A DNA stretch of 64,000 nucleotides from an uncultured Clostridium sp. (GTDB lineage Bacteria > Bacillota > Clostridia > TANB77 > CAG-508), in the NCBI GenBank assembly GCA_958422985.1, contig CATZPY010000002.1, positions 18,656-82,655 of the forward strand, read 5' to 3'. How positions within the stretch are numbered: position 1 is the stretch's first letter; each line of letters opens with the position of its first letter. The position numbers and the translations under genes are program-made. A model generated the notes under the pieces. That model had not been told where the DNA came from. It did no database searches and was given only the letters and a program-made list of their open reading frames with translations. Positions 8,609-17,687 of the stretch are shown one piece after another.

Positions 8609-10390
8609 ATGATACGATATAGTGATGAACTTATAGATGAAATTAAAAACAATAACGATATTGTAGACGTTATATCACAATATGTACATTTAAAAAGAAG
8701 TGGAAGAAATTATTTTGGACTTTGTCCTTTCCACAACGAAAAATCACCTTCCTTTGCAGTTTCTCCAGATAAGCAAATATTTCACTGTTTTGGTTGTGGA
8801 GTAGGTGGAAATGTAATTCATTTTATAAGTAAGATAGAAGGAATTAATTTTAGAGAATCAATAGAACTACTTGCAGAAAGAGCAAATATAGTATTACCAA
8901 AACTAGAAAATGTTGGTGATAATAAAACACAAGAATTAAAGGAGAAAATATACCAAATAAATAAAGAAACAGCATATTTTTACCACGAAAATTTGTACAA
9001 GCCAACAGCTAAAATGGCTCAAGAATATGTTAAAAAAAGAAAATTAAATAATTCTACATTAAAAGAATTCTTAATAGGATATTCTGGAAATTTTAATGAA
9101 TTATATAATTTCTTAAAATCTAAAGGATTTTCAGATGAAGCAATTTTGGCATCAGATTTAGTAAACAAAAATGAGCGTGGTCAATATATAGACAGGTTTA
9201 GACATAGGCTAATGTTTCCTATACAAGATGTAAGGGGAAGAATTATAGCATTCGGAGGAAGAGTTTTAGATGACTCAAAACCAAAGTATATAAATTCCCC
9301 CGAAAATTTAGTATACAGTAAAGGAAGACATTTATTTGGTTTATATAATGCAAAAAAACATGATACAAAAAAAATCTTAATAGTAGAAGGTTATATGGAT
9401 GTAATATCATTACATCAAAGAGGAATAACAAATGTAGTGGCATCTTTAGGAACAGCAATGACAGAGGCGCAAGGTAGGCTCTTAAGAAGAAGTTCGGAGC
9501 AAATAGTTTTAGGTTATGATGCTGATGGGGCTGGTCAAGAAGCTATTATAAGAGGACTAGAAATATTAAGAAATTTAGGTTGTGATGTTAGAGTTTTACA
9601 AATCTCTGGTGCCAAGGATCCAGATGAATATGTTACAAAATATGGTCCAGAAAGACTAGTAAAATGTATTGATGATGCAATATCTTTGGTAGAATTTAAA
9701 GTAAGAGTTTTAAAGAAACAATTAAACATAGAAAATACAAGTGATAAAATAAAATTCTTAAATGAAATTGCTAAAATATTGGCAAAAGTTGAAAATAGTA
9801 TGGAACAAGAAATATATATAGAAAAAATTTCTAAAGACTACGATATTTCGAAAGATGCATTGTATTCTGAAATAAAGAAGATATTATATCCTAAAAATGC
9901 TAATTCGAAGGTTTTAGAAAAAAGGAATATTCAGTATAACATTCCTAAAAAAGAAGATACTAAAATTAGCGAATCTAGGTTAAAAAGAGAAAACACAATA
10001 ATTGCAATGCTTCTTATGTCAAATGTAAATGTATATTCTAAAATAAAAAACAAAATAAAGCCAGAAGATTTTAAGATAGAAAAGAATAAGAAAATTTTAG
10101 AAAAAGTTTATGGTGAATATGAAAAAGGCATTACAGAAATATATGATGTCTTAAATTTATTCGAAGAAGAAGATATTATAAATCACATAACAGAAATTAT
10201 GGCAAAAGATTATGGTATTACAGATATAGACAAAGGAATAGATGACATATTAAGTACATATGAAAGAGAAAATTTAAAAGATAAAAGAGATGAAATATTA
10301 AGAGCTTTAGAAGATTCTACACTTAATAATGAAAGTAAGTTAAAGCTAGAGAGAGAATTAAATGACATAATTATTAAACTTGCGAAATAA
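8609..10390 (+). CDS. dnaG: DNA primase
   Basis: Zinc-ribbon motif CPFHNEKSPSF...CFGCG, a TOPRIM domain (EGYMDV) and a C-terminal helicase-interaction domain. It lies immediately upstream of rpoD, the conserved dnaG-rpoD pair. Confidence 0.93.
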   Translation: MIRYSDELIDEIKNNNDIVDVISQYVHLKRSGRNYFGLCPFHNEKSPSFAVSPDKQIFHCFGCGVGGNVIHFISKIEGINFRESIELLAERANIVLPKLENVGDNKTQELKEKIYQINKETAYFYHENLYKPTAKMAQEYVKKRKLNNSTLKEFLIGYSGNFNELYNFLKSKGFSDEAILASDLVNKNERGQYIDRFRHRLMFPIQDVRGRIIAFGGRVLDDSKPKYINSPENLVYSKGRHLFGLYNAKKHDTKKILIVEGYMDVISLHQRGITNVVASLGTAMTEAQGRLLRRSSEQIVLGYDADGAGQEAIIRGLEILRNLGCDVRVLQISGAKDPDEYVTKYGPERLVKCIDDAISLVEFKVRVLKKQLNIENTSDKIKFLNEIAKILAKVENSMEQEIYIEKISKDYDISKDALYSEIKKILYPKNANSKVLEKRNIQYNIPKKEDTKISESRLKRENTIIAMLLMSNVNVYSKIKNKIKPEDFKIEKNKKILEKVYGEYEKGITEIYDVLNLFEEEDIINHITEIMAKDYGITDIDKGIDDILSTYERENLKDKRDEILRALEDSTLNNESKLKLERELNDIIIKLAK

Positions 10391-10403
10391 TTAGGAGGTT
10401 ATA

Positions 10404-11555
10404 ATGAAAAAAATAGAAGGACAAGGAGAAATAACAGAAAAAAATAATGCTCAAGAATTAGAAAGAGCAGAAACAGAAAAAAAAGTAAAAAGAATTTTAG
10501 AGTTTGCAAAGAAAAATAAAAGAATAACTTATGGTGACTTGGCTGCAGAGTTAGACGAATTATCAACAGAACAAATGGAAAGAGTATTTGATGCTCTAGA
10601 AAAAATGGGTGTTGATATTGGTAGAGATGACGATGAACTAGATGAAGAAGGTCCAGATGAAGAAGATTTACAAGAAGTTGAAGATTTAAAATTAGATGAA
10701 ATTGATGTTGCAGGCTACGAAAGCAGTAACATAGATGATCCAGTTAGAATGTATTTAAGAGAAATAGGAAAAATTCCACTTCTTACATATGAAGAAGAAT
10801 TGGACTTAGCGAAAAAAGTTTTAGAAGGTGATGAAGAAGCTAAACAAAAATTAGCAGAGTCAAACTTAAGACTAGTAGTAAGTATTGCTAAAAAATATGT
10901 TGGTAGAGGAATGTTATTTTTAGATTTAATACAAGAAGGTAACATGGGTCTTATAAAAGCTGTAGAAAAATTTGACTATACTAAAGGATTTAAATTTAGT
11001 ACTTATGCAACATGGTGGATAAGACAAGCAATTACAAGAGCTATAGCAGACCAAGCTAGAACTATAAGAATTCCTGTACACATGGTAGAAACTATTAATA
11101 AATTAATTCGTACATCTAGACACTTATTACAACAATTAGGAAGAGAGCCAACGCAAGAAGAAATTGCAGAAGAGATGGAAATGCCAGTTGAAAGAGTAAT
11201 GGAAATTCAAAAAATTGCTCAAGATCCAGTTTCTTTAGAAACACCAATTGGTGAAGAAGATGATAGCCATTTAGGAGATTTTATTAAAGATGAAGATTCT
11301 CCAGAACCACAAGATTCTGCAGCATATACATTGTTAAAAGAACAATTAGAAGAAGTTATGAGTACTTTAACAGCTAGAGAAGCTAAGGTTTTAAAATTAA
11401 GATTTGGTTTGGAAGATGGAAAAGCTCGTACACTAGAAGAAGTTGGTAAAGAATTTAAAGTAACTCGTGAAAGAATTAGACAAATAGAAGCAAAAGCTTT
11501 AAGAAAATTAAGACATCCAAGTAGAAGCAAAAAATTAAAAGACTATATGAGCTAA
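10404..11555 (+). CDS. rpoD: RNA polymerase primary sigma factor (sigma-70/SigA)
   Basis: Regions 1.2 through 4 are conserved ([64 protein letters not shown]). Confidence 0.95.
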   Translation: MKKIEGQGEITEKNNAQELERAETEKKVKRILEFAKKNKRITYGDLAAELDELSTEQMERVFDALEKMGVDIGRDDDELDEEGPDEEDLQEVEDLKLDEIDVAGYESSNIDDPVRMYLREIGKIPLLTYEEELDLAKKVLEGDEEAKQKLAESNLRLVVSIAKKYVGRGMLFLDLIQEGNMGLIKAVEKFDYTKGFKFSTYATWWIRQAITRAIADQARTIRIPVHMVETINKLIRTSRHLLQQLGREPTQEEIAEEMEMPVERVMEIQKIAQDPVSLETPIGEEDDSHLGDFIKDEDSPEPQDSAAYTLLKEQLEEVMSTLTAREAKVLKLRFGLEDGKARTLEEVGKEFKVTRERIRQIEAKALRKLRHPSRSKKLKDYMS

Positions 11556-11633
11556 TACGAAAGTAAAAGTAAAACTTATGACTCAAAGAGAGAAAAAATT
11601 GCTTACATTTTATTAGCATATATCAATACAAAG

Positions 11634-11670
11634 CAAACGCCTTAAAAACATTGACTTTAAGGCGTTTTTA
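11634..11670 (+). terminator. Rho-independent terminator after rpoD, overlapping a TTGACT-17-TATAAT promoter for the next gene
   Basis: Hairpin AAACGCCTTAAA...TTTAAGGCGTTTTT. The -35 TTGACT lies inside the hairpin and the -10 TATAAT 17 bp downstream. Confidence 0.65.
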
Positions 11671-11744
11671 TGTTATAATTACACTAGCTATGGAATAAAT
11701 AGTAAAGTGAGGTGAAAATCTTAGAAAACTCTAAGAGAATAAAA

Positions 11745-12098
11745 ATGAAAAATAATGTAGTAACTAATAAGAAAAATATATTTGGAATAATAAAAGATGC
11801 TGTAGGTGGAAGTTTTATAGAATTCTTTAAAGCTTTAGGAGGTACAGAACCAGACGACATTCAAGACGAAGTTACAAGTCCAGCACTAAAAGCACAAGTA
11901 GCAGGAATAGAAGGAACCATTTTGGATGGAAACGATTATATAGAAGTAGATGCAGGAAAAACAGTAAAATTTGACGGAATAAATGCATATAGAAGAAATG
12001 TAGATGTAAATAAAGTAGTAAAAGAACATAATAAAAAGGTAAATAAAATTGATAATCTACAAGAAAAAGGTGCAGAAAGAGCAAGAGGAGCAAGATAA
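11745..12098 (+). CDS. hypothetical small protein (alternative GTG start at 11712)
   Basis: ORF only. I recognise no domain. Confidence 0.35.
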   Translation: MKNNVVTNKKNIFGIIKDAVGGSFIEFFKALGGTEPDDIQDEVTSPALKAQVAGIEGTILDGNDYIEVDAGKTVKFDGINAYRRNVDVNKVVKEHNKKVNKIDNLQEKGAERARGAR

Positions 12099-12110
12099 AT
12101 TTAACAAAAA

Positions 12111-12150
12111 AAAGAGAGCAAAATTCGCAAGCGAATTTGCTCTCTTTTTG
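12111..12150. terminator. bidirectional Rho-independent terminator between convergent genes
   Basis: AGAGAGCAAAATTCGC aa GCGAATTTGCTCTCT is flanked by an A-run on one side and a T-run on the other. Confidence 0.7.
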
Positions 12151-12176
12151 AGGTATTTAGAAACAATTTTAACAAA

Positions 12177-12401
12177 TTATTTCTTTCTAAAAAAAATGCT
12201 ATACACTAATATATTTGCAAAGACTCCAAGTCCAACGGTATAAAAGAAAACTTTTAATACTTGGAACAGATAAATGTTTGAATGAATTATAAGGTTAAAA
12301 AGTATGTAACCTATAATAGCACCAATACCATATCCAATTGCATTTACTATAATGTTAGCCTGATGAGTTATTAAATTATCCCGTATACTCCGTTTTTTCA
12401 T
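12177..12401 (-). CDS. hypothetical small membrane protein (2 predicted TM helices)
   Basis: Hydrophobic 74-aa ORF. Confidence 0.3.
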   Translation of the reverse strand: MKKRSIRDNLITHQANIIVNAIGYGIGAIIGYILFNLIIHSNIYLFQVLKVFFYTVGLGVFANILVYSIFFRKK

Positions 12402-12486
12402 AAAATTACCTCCATTTTGAATTATATAATAGCATGAATTTTATGTAAATGCAAATATTACAATATGTAAGTATTCAAATAAAATA

Positions 12487-13125
12487 TTATTTTTTCATAA
12501 TCCTTTGAATATATAATTCATATGGATTAGAATTAATATGTGTTGTTATATGAGCTATTCCAGGCATATTTTGTATGTGCTCTACTATTGCTTTAATATC
12601 TGTGTCGGTTTTTATATCAATAGAAGCAGGTATAGGATTATTAGTACTATTAAAATCATTTAATAAATTTTCATTTTCTCCTAAATTACTTTTAAATCTT
12701 TCTAAAGCTTTTTCTTTCGAAACATATTCAAGTTCTATATTATCACATTTTTCAATTAGTTCGTTTTTTATATTTTCTATTTGCTCTTCTGTTATGTCAT
12801 CTTTTAAATATATTTCCATTGTAGAAGCAATTGCATTATAATTTTTATATACTTGTACATTAAATAAAATAATAATTATTAAAAAAATAAAAACAATTAA
12901 TATTATTATGTTTTTCTTATTTATATTTTTCTTAATATTTTTTAAAAAGTCGATTTCTTTAATTTGTTTTTTTTCATTAGAATCCTTCTTAATTTCTTCT
13001 AAAATTTTTTTACATTCATCACATTTCTTTAAATGTTCTTCTACTAATTCTTTAGACGTGTTACTCAAAATATTATCATTATAGCTAAATAATAAATCTT
13101 TAACAAGATCGCACTCATTTTTCAT
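12487..13125 (-). CDS. anti-sigma factor (zf-HC2 N-terminus, single TM helix, extracytoplasmic domain)
   Basis: N-terminal zf-HC2-like motif CDLVKDLLFSY...HLKKCDECK followed by a TM segment. It overlaps the upstream ECF sigma gene by 11 nt. Confidence 0.65.
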   Translation of the reverse strand: MKNECDLVKDLLFSYNDNILSNTSKELVEEHLKKCDECKKILEEIKKDSNEKKQIKEIDFLKNIKKNINKKNIIILIVFIFLIIIILFNVQVYKNYNAIASTMEIYLKDDITEEQIENIKNELIEKCDNIELEYVSKEKALERFKSNLGENENLLNDFNSTNNPIPASIDIKTDTDIKAIVEHIQNMPGIAHITTHINSNPYELYIQRIMKK

Positions 13126-13609
13126 TTTCTAATTCCTCCTTTAATTTTTGCTTACCGCGAAAGAATACAACTCTTGCCCAGTTTGATGTTTTATTCATAA
13201 TTTCAGCAATTTCACTATATTCAAAACTTCCGAATATTCTTAAATACATTACATTTCTAGTGTTCTCATCAAAACTTTGTAATTTCTTAAATAATTTTAT
13301 TTTGGTTTCTTTATTACAAAAGTTGTCTTCTATTGATTCTTGTATAAATAACGTATTTTGTAATACATCTAAAGGTATTTCTTTTTTAGATTTTTCTTTT
13401 TTTAATCTTTTATACCATATGTATTTACTAATTTGACATAGCCAAGTTGATATTTTGCATTCACCTCTAAACTTATTTATATCTTTTACAGCTACTAAAA
13501 AAGTTTCTTGGACAATTTCTTCAGTTGTATCTTCATTTCCAGTTAAGCAGAATACATATTTGTAAACTATTTCACCATATTTTTTATATATTGCATTCAT
13601 ATCCTGCAT
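13115..13609 (-). CDS. ECF-type RNA polymerase sigma factor (sigma-70 regions 2 and 4)
   Basis: Region-2-like EEIVQETFLVAVKDINKFRGE and region-4-like YSEIAEIMNKTSNWARVVFFRGKQKL. It is co-oriented and overlapping with the anti-sigma gene. Confidence 0.7.
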   Translation of the reverse strand: MQDMNAIYKKYGEIVYKYVFCLTGNEDTTEEIVQETFLVAVKDINKFRGECKISTWLCQISKYIWYKRLKKEKSKKEIPLDVLQNTLFIQESIEDNFCNKETKIKLFKKLQSFDENTRNVMYLRIFGSFEYSEIAEIMNKTSNWARVVFFRGKQKLKEELENEK

Positions 13610-13764
13610 AACGTTTTCCTCCTTTCACTTATTTAGTATCTTGTATTGTTTTTTTGTTACAAAAAATGTTTTAAAATTTTTTATATTGCTATTGTCAAAA
13701 GCTTAATTTGATTAATACAAGCATTTTATAAATAAAAAAAATCAGTCTTTCGACTGATTTTTTT

Positions 13765-13840
13765 GGTAGCGAAGATGTGATTCGAACACATGACCCTTCG
13801 GGTATGAACCGAATGCTCTAGCCAACTGAGCTACTTCGCC
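13765..13840 (-). tRNA. tRNA-Met (anticodon CAT, elongator-like)
   Basis: The reverse complement folds as a cloverleaf (GGCGAAG acceptor stem, GCTC/GAGC D-stem, anticodon loop TTCATAC, TTCGAAT T-loop, discriminator A then CCA). It resembles Firmicutes elongator tRNA-Met. A terminator hairpin lies at 13736-13764. Confidence 0.85.
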
Positions 13841-14079
13841 ATTTGTTATAACAGATATTATTATAATAGCATACTTGTTTTTTGTCAATAGTAAATATAA
13901 AAAAATATATTTAAAACAATACAATTATAGACTTTTTATTATATATGTGATAACATAGCAAGAAGATTATATTACCAAGTGAGCATTAGAGGCGATATTA
14001 AAAGTTTATTAGTTTATAATTCATGTCCAAAAAGCTCACTGCTTAAAAAGTTTAATTAATGGTAAAAAGGAGATAAAAA

Positions 14080-17000
14080 ATGTCAGATTTTGTACATTTA
14101 CATATACATAGTGAATTTAGCTTACTAGATGGAGCAAATAGAATAAAAGATTTACCAGTAAGAGCAAAAGAACTTGGAATGAAGGCAATGGCAATTACAG
14201 ACCATGGTGTTATGTATGGGGTTATTGACTTTTATAAAGCTTGTAAAAAAGAAGGAATTAAACCAATAATAGGGGCAGAAGTATATGTAGCTTCAAGAAC
14301 AAGATTTGATAAAGAACCTCAAGATAAGAGATATTACCATTTAATATTACTTGCAAAAAATAATAAAGGATACCAGAACCTAAGTAAATTAGTATCATTA
14401 GGATTTACAGAAGGTTACTATTATAAGCCACGTATAGATTTAGAAATATTAGAAAAATATCATGAAGGAATAATTTGTTTAAGCGCATGTTTAGCTGGTG
14501 CAGTAAGCCAAGCAATTTTAAATGGAGACATAGAGAAGGCTGAAGAAGTTGCAAAATGGCACAAAAATGTTTTTGGAGAAGATTACTATTTAGAAATTCA
14601 AAACAATGGCGTAAAAGAGCAAGTTATGGTTAATCAAAAGATAATACAAATAGCTAGAAGATTAGATATACCAATTGTTGCAACAAATGACGCCCATTAT
14701 TTAAAAAAAGAAGATGCATATAATCACGAAGTTTTGCTTTGCATACAGACAGGAAAAAGAATTACAGATGAAGATAGAATGAGGTTTGAAACAGACGAAC
14801 TATATGTAAAATCACCAGAGGAAATGAGTGAGTATTTTAAAAATTTTCCAGATGCGATAGAAAATACTGTAAAAATAGCAGAAAAATGTAATGTAGAATT
14901 TGACTTTGGTCATACAATTCTTCCAAATTATGATGTACCAAAAGAATTTAATACACACTATGATTATTTTAAAAAATTATGTGATGATGGAATAAAGAAA
15001 AGGTATGGAGAAAATCCATCACAAGAAATATTAGACAGAGCAGAATATGAACTTAAAATTATTTCGCAAATGGGATATGTTGACTACTATTTAATAGTTT
15101 GGGATTATATAAACTATGCAAAATCTGTAGGAATACCAGTAGGACCTGGGCGTGGTTCTGGTGCAGGTTCTATTTTAGCGTATGCTATTGGAATAACAGA
15201 TATAGACCCTATGAAGTATAGTTTGCTATTTGAAAGATTTTTAAATCCAGAAAGAATTAGTATGCCAGATTTTGACGTCGACTTTTGTTATGAAAGAAGA
15301 GGAGAGGTAATAGATTATGTAGAAAGGAAATATGGGAAGGACCATGTTTCTCAGATTATTACTTTTGGTACAATGTCTGCAAGAATGGTAATTCGTGATG
15401 TTGGTAGAGCTTTAGATATGCCATATGCAGAGTGTGATAAATTAGCTAAAATGATACCAAATGAACTTCATATAACGATAGATAAAGCACTAGAGCAAAA
15501 CAAAGAATTAAGAGATTTATATGAGCAAGATGAAGATATTGGAAAGATGCTAGACATAGCAAGAGCATTAGAGGGAATGCCAAGGCAGGCTTCTACACAT
15601 GCTTGTGGTGTTGTTATAACTAAAGAGCCAGTAGATACATATGTACCTTTGTATGTAAGAGATGGACAAATATCAACACAATTTATAATGACAACATTAG
15701 AAGAACTTGGACTTTTAAAAATGGACTTTTTAGGTTTAAGAACTCTTACAGTTATTCAAGATGCTATAAACTTAGTAAAAGAAAATAGGGGAATAGATGT
15801 AGAGTTTGACAAAGACATGGGAGATGCAAATGTATATAAGCTATGGCAAAATGGAGAATCTATTGGTATATTCCAATTTGAAAGCCAAGGAATGACTAAC
15901 TTTATGAAAGAGTTAAAGCCAGATTGTTTAGAAGACATTATTGCAGGGGTTTCTTTATATAGACCTGGACCAATGGATCAAATACCAAGATATATAAAGA
16001 ACAAGAAAAATCCGGAAAATGCAGAATATACTCATCCTTCATTAATTCCTATTTTAAATGTTACATATGGATGTATGGTTTACCAAGAACAAGTTATGCA
16101 AATAGTTCGTGATTTGGCAGGATATTCTTTAGGTAGAGCAGATCTTGTAAGGCGTGCCATGGGTAAGAAAAAGTTAGATGTAATGGCAAAAGAAAGAGAG
16201 TATTTTATACATGGTCAAACAGATGAAGAGGGAAATGTAATTATAAAAGGTTGTGTACGAAATGGTATAGACGAAGCTTCTGCAAACAAAATATTTGATG
16301 AAATGGCAGAATTTGCAAAATATGCATTTAATAAATCACATGCAGCTGCATATGCTGTTGTGTCATACAGAACTGCATACTTAAAAGCATATTACCCAGA
16401 AGAATTTATGGCTGCAACATTAAACAGCTTTTTAGGGAACTTAGACAAAATACCTATGTACATAGATGAATGCAAAAGGTTAAAAATAGATATATTAAAA
16501 CCAGATATAAACAAAAGTTATACTAAATTTACAGTTGACAATGGAAAGATAAGATTTGGTTTAGGAAGTATAAAAAATGTTGGAATTTCAGCAGTAAATG
16601 CAATAGTAAAAGAAAGAGAGGAGAACGGTTTATACGAAAGCTTTACAGACTTTTGCGAAAGAATGAAAAACGAAGCTGTAAACAAAAAATGTATAGAAAG
16701 TTTAATAAGAGCTGGAGCTTTTGACGAATTCGAACAAACAAGGTCAACATTACTTGCATCTTTCGAAAGTATATTAGACACAATACAAGAAACAGAAAGA
16801 AAGAGTTTTGCAGGACAGGTTACAATGTTTGACTTAGCAATGCCAGAGGAAAACATAAAAGAACTTCAATATTCATTTAATGTACAAAAAGAATTTTCGG
16901 AAAAAGATTTACTTTCTATGGAAAAGGAAATGTTAGGGATATATATTTCTGGTCATCCACTAGAAAAACTAAGAGAGCAAATAGAAAGAGAAACAAATGT

Positions 17001-17562
17001 AAATTCTTTAAAGCTTAAAGAATTGGCAAATTTGCAATCAACTGTTTTAGATGAGGGTGAATTTATAGCTAGAAAAAATGAATATAAAGATGGTCAATTT
17101 GTAAAATATGCTGGAATTATTACAAGTGTAAAGAAGAAATATACAAAAAATAATACAATAATGGCATTTGTAACAGTTGAAGATTTGTATGGTACAGTAG
17201 AAATTATAGTATTCGAAAATTGTTACCAAGATTCTTCTAAATATTTAGTAGAAGAAAGTATTGTAATGGTGGAAGGACGATTAAGCATTAGGGAAGATGA
17301 TGAACCAAAGATTGTTGCAAGAACAATAAAGCCATTTGGAGATAACAAAAAAAGAATATTAACAATAGATATAAATGGAATGGAAGAACAAGAAAAAGAT
17401 AGATTAAGGGGGATAATAAGATATTTTTGTGGAGATAGAAATAATACCCCTGTACAAATAATGGAAGATGGTGACCTAAAGCCTTGCGGAGCAATATATT
17501 TAACAGATGAAATTTTAAAAGAAATAGAAGAGGCTATAGGAAAGGAAAGGATAGAAATATAA
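14080..17562 (+). CDS. dnaE: DNA polymerase III alpha subunit (DnaE type)
   Basis: N-terminal PHP domain (FVHLHIHSEFSLLDGA), polymerase core and OB-fold. 1160 aa. Confidence 0.95.
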   Translation: MSDFVHLHIHSEFSLLDGANRIKDLPVRAKELGMKAMAITDHGVMYGVIDFYKACKKEGIKPIIGAEVYVASRTRFDKEPQDKRYYHLILLAKNNKGYQNLSKLVSLGFTEGYYYKPRIDLEILEKYHEGIICLSACLAGAVSQAILNGDIEKAEEVAKWHKNVFGEDYYLEIQNNGVKEQVMVNQKIIQIARRLDIPIVATNDAHYLKKEDAYNHEVLLCIQTGKRITDEDRMRFETDELYVKSPEEMSEYFKNFPDAIENTVKIAEKCNVEFDFGHTILPNYDVPKEFNTHYDYFKKLCDDGIKKRYGENPSQEILDRAEYELKIISQMGYVDYYLIVWDYINYAKSVGIPVGPGRGSGAGSILAYAIGITDIDPMKYSLLFERFLNPERISMPDFDVDFCYERRGEVIDYVERKYGKDHVSQIITFGTMSARMVIRDVGRALDMPYAECDKLAKMIPNELHITIDKALEQNKELRDLYEQDEDIGKMLDIARALEGMPRQASTHACGVVITKEPVDTYVPLYVRDGQISTQFIMTTLEELGLLKMDFLGLRTLTVIQDAINLVKENRGIDVEFDKDMGDANVYKLWQNGESIGIFQFESQGMTNFMKELKPDCLEDIIAGVSLYRPGPMDQIPRYIKNKKNPENAEYTHPSLIPILNVTYGCMVYQEQVMQIVRDLAGYSLGRADLVRRAMGKKKLDVMAKEREYFIHGQTDEEGNVIIKGCVRNGIDEASANKIFDEMAEFAKYAFNKSHAAAYAVVSYRTAYLKAYYPEEFMAATLNSFLGNLDKIPMYIDECKRLKIDILKPDINKSYTKFTVDNGKIRFGLGSIKNVGISAVNAIVKEREENGLYESFTDFCERMKNEAVNKKCIESLIRAGAFDEFEQTRSTLLASFESILDTIQETERKSFAGQVTMFDLAMPEENIKELQYSFNVQKEFSEKDLLSMEKEMLGIYISGHPLEKLREQIERETNVNSLKLKELANLQSTVLDEGEFIARKNEYKDGQFVKYAGIITSVKKKYTKNNTIMAFVTVEDLYGTVEIIVFENCYQDSSKYLVEESIVMVEGRLSIREDDEPKIVARTIKPFGDNKKRILTIDINGMEEQEKDRLRGIIRYFCGDRNNTPVQIMEDGDLKPCGAIYLTDEILKEIEEAIGKERIEI

Positions 17563-17564
17563 GA

Positions 17565-17606
17565 AAACGAGATTTGAGTACTGTCCTCAAATCTCATTTT
17601 TGGTAT
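17565..17606 (+). terminator. Rho-independent terminator after dnaE
   Basis: GAGATTTGAG-tactgtcc-CTCAAATCTC followed by TTTTT. Confidence 0.7.
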
Positions 17607-17687
17607 ATGAAGAACTAAGAGAGCCGATAAAAGAAAAACATGATTTAAGCTCCGTTCCTCAATACAAAATCCAGAATCTGGTTCTAT

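Noticed and set aside
13742-13924. 60-aa ORF on the minus strand.
   Set aside because: It overlaps the tRNA-Met gene and its terminator, so the reading frame is fortuitous.
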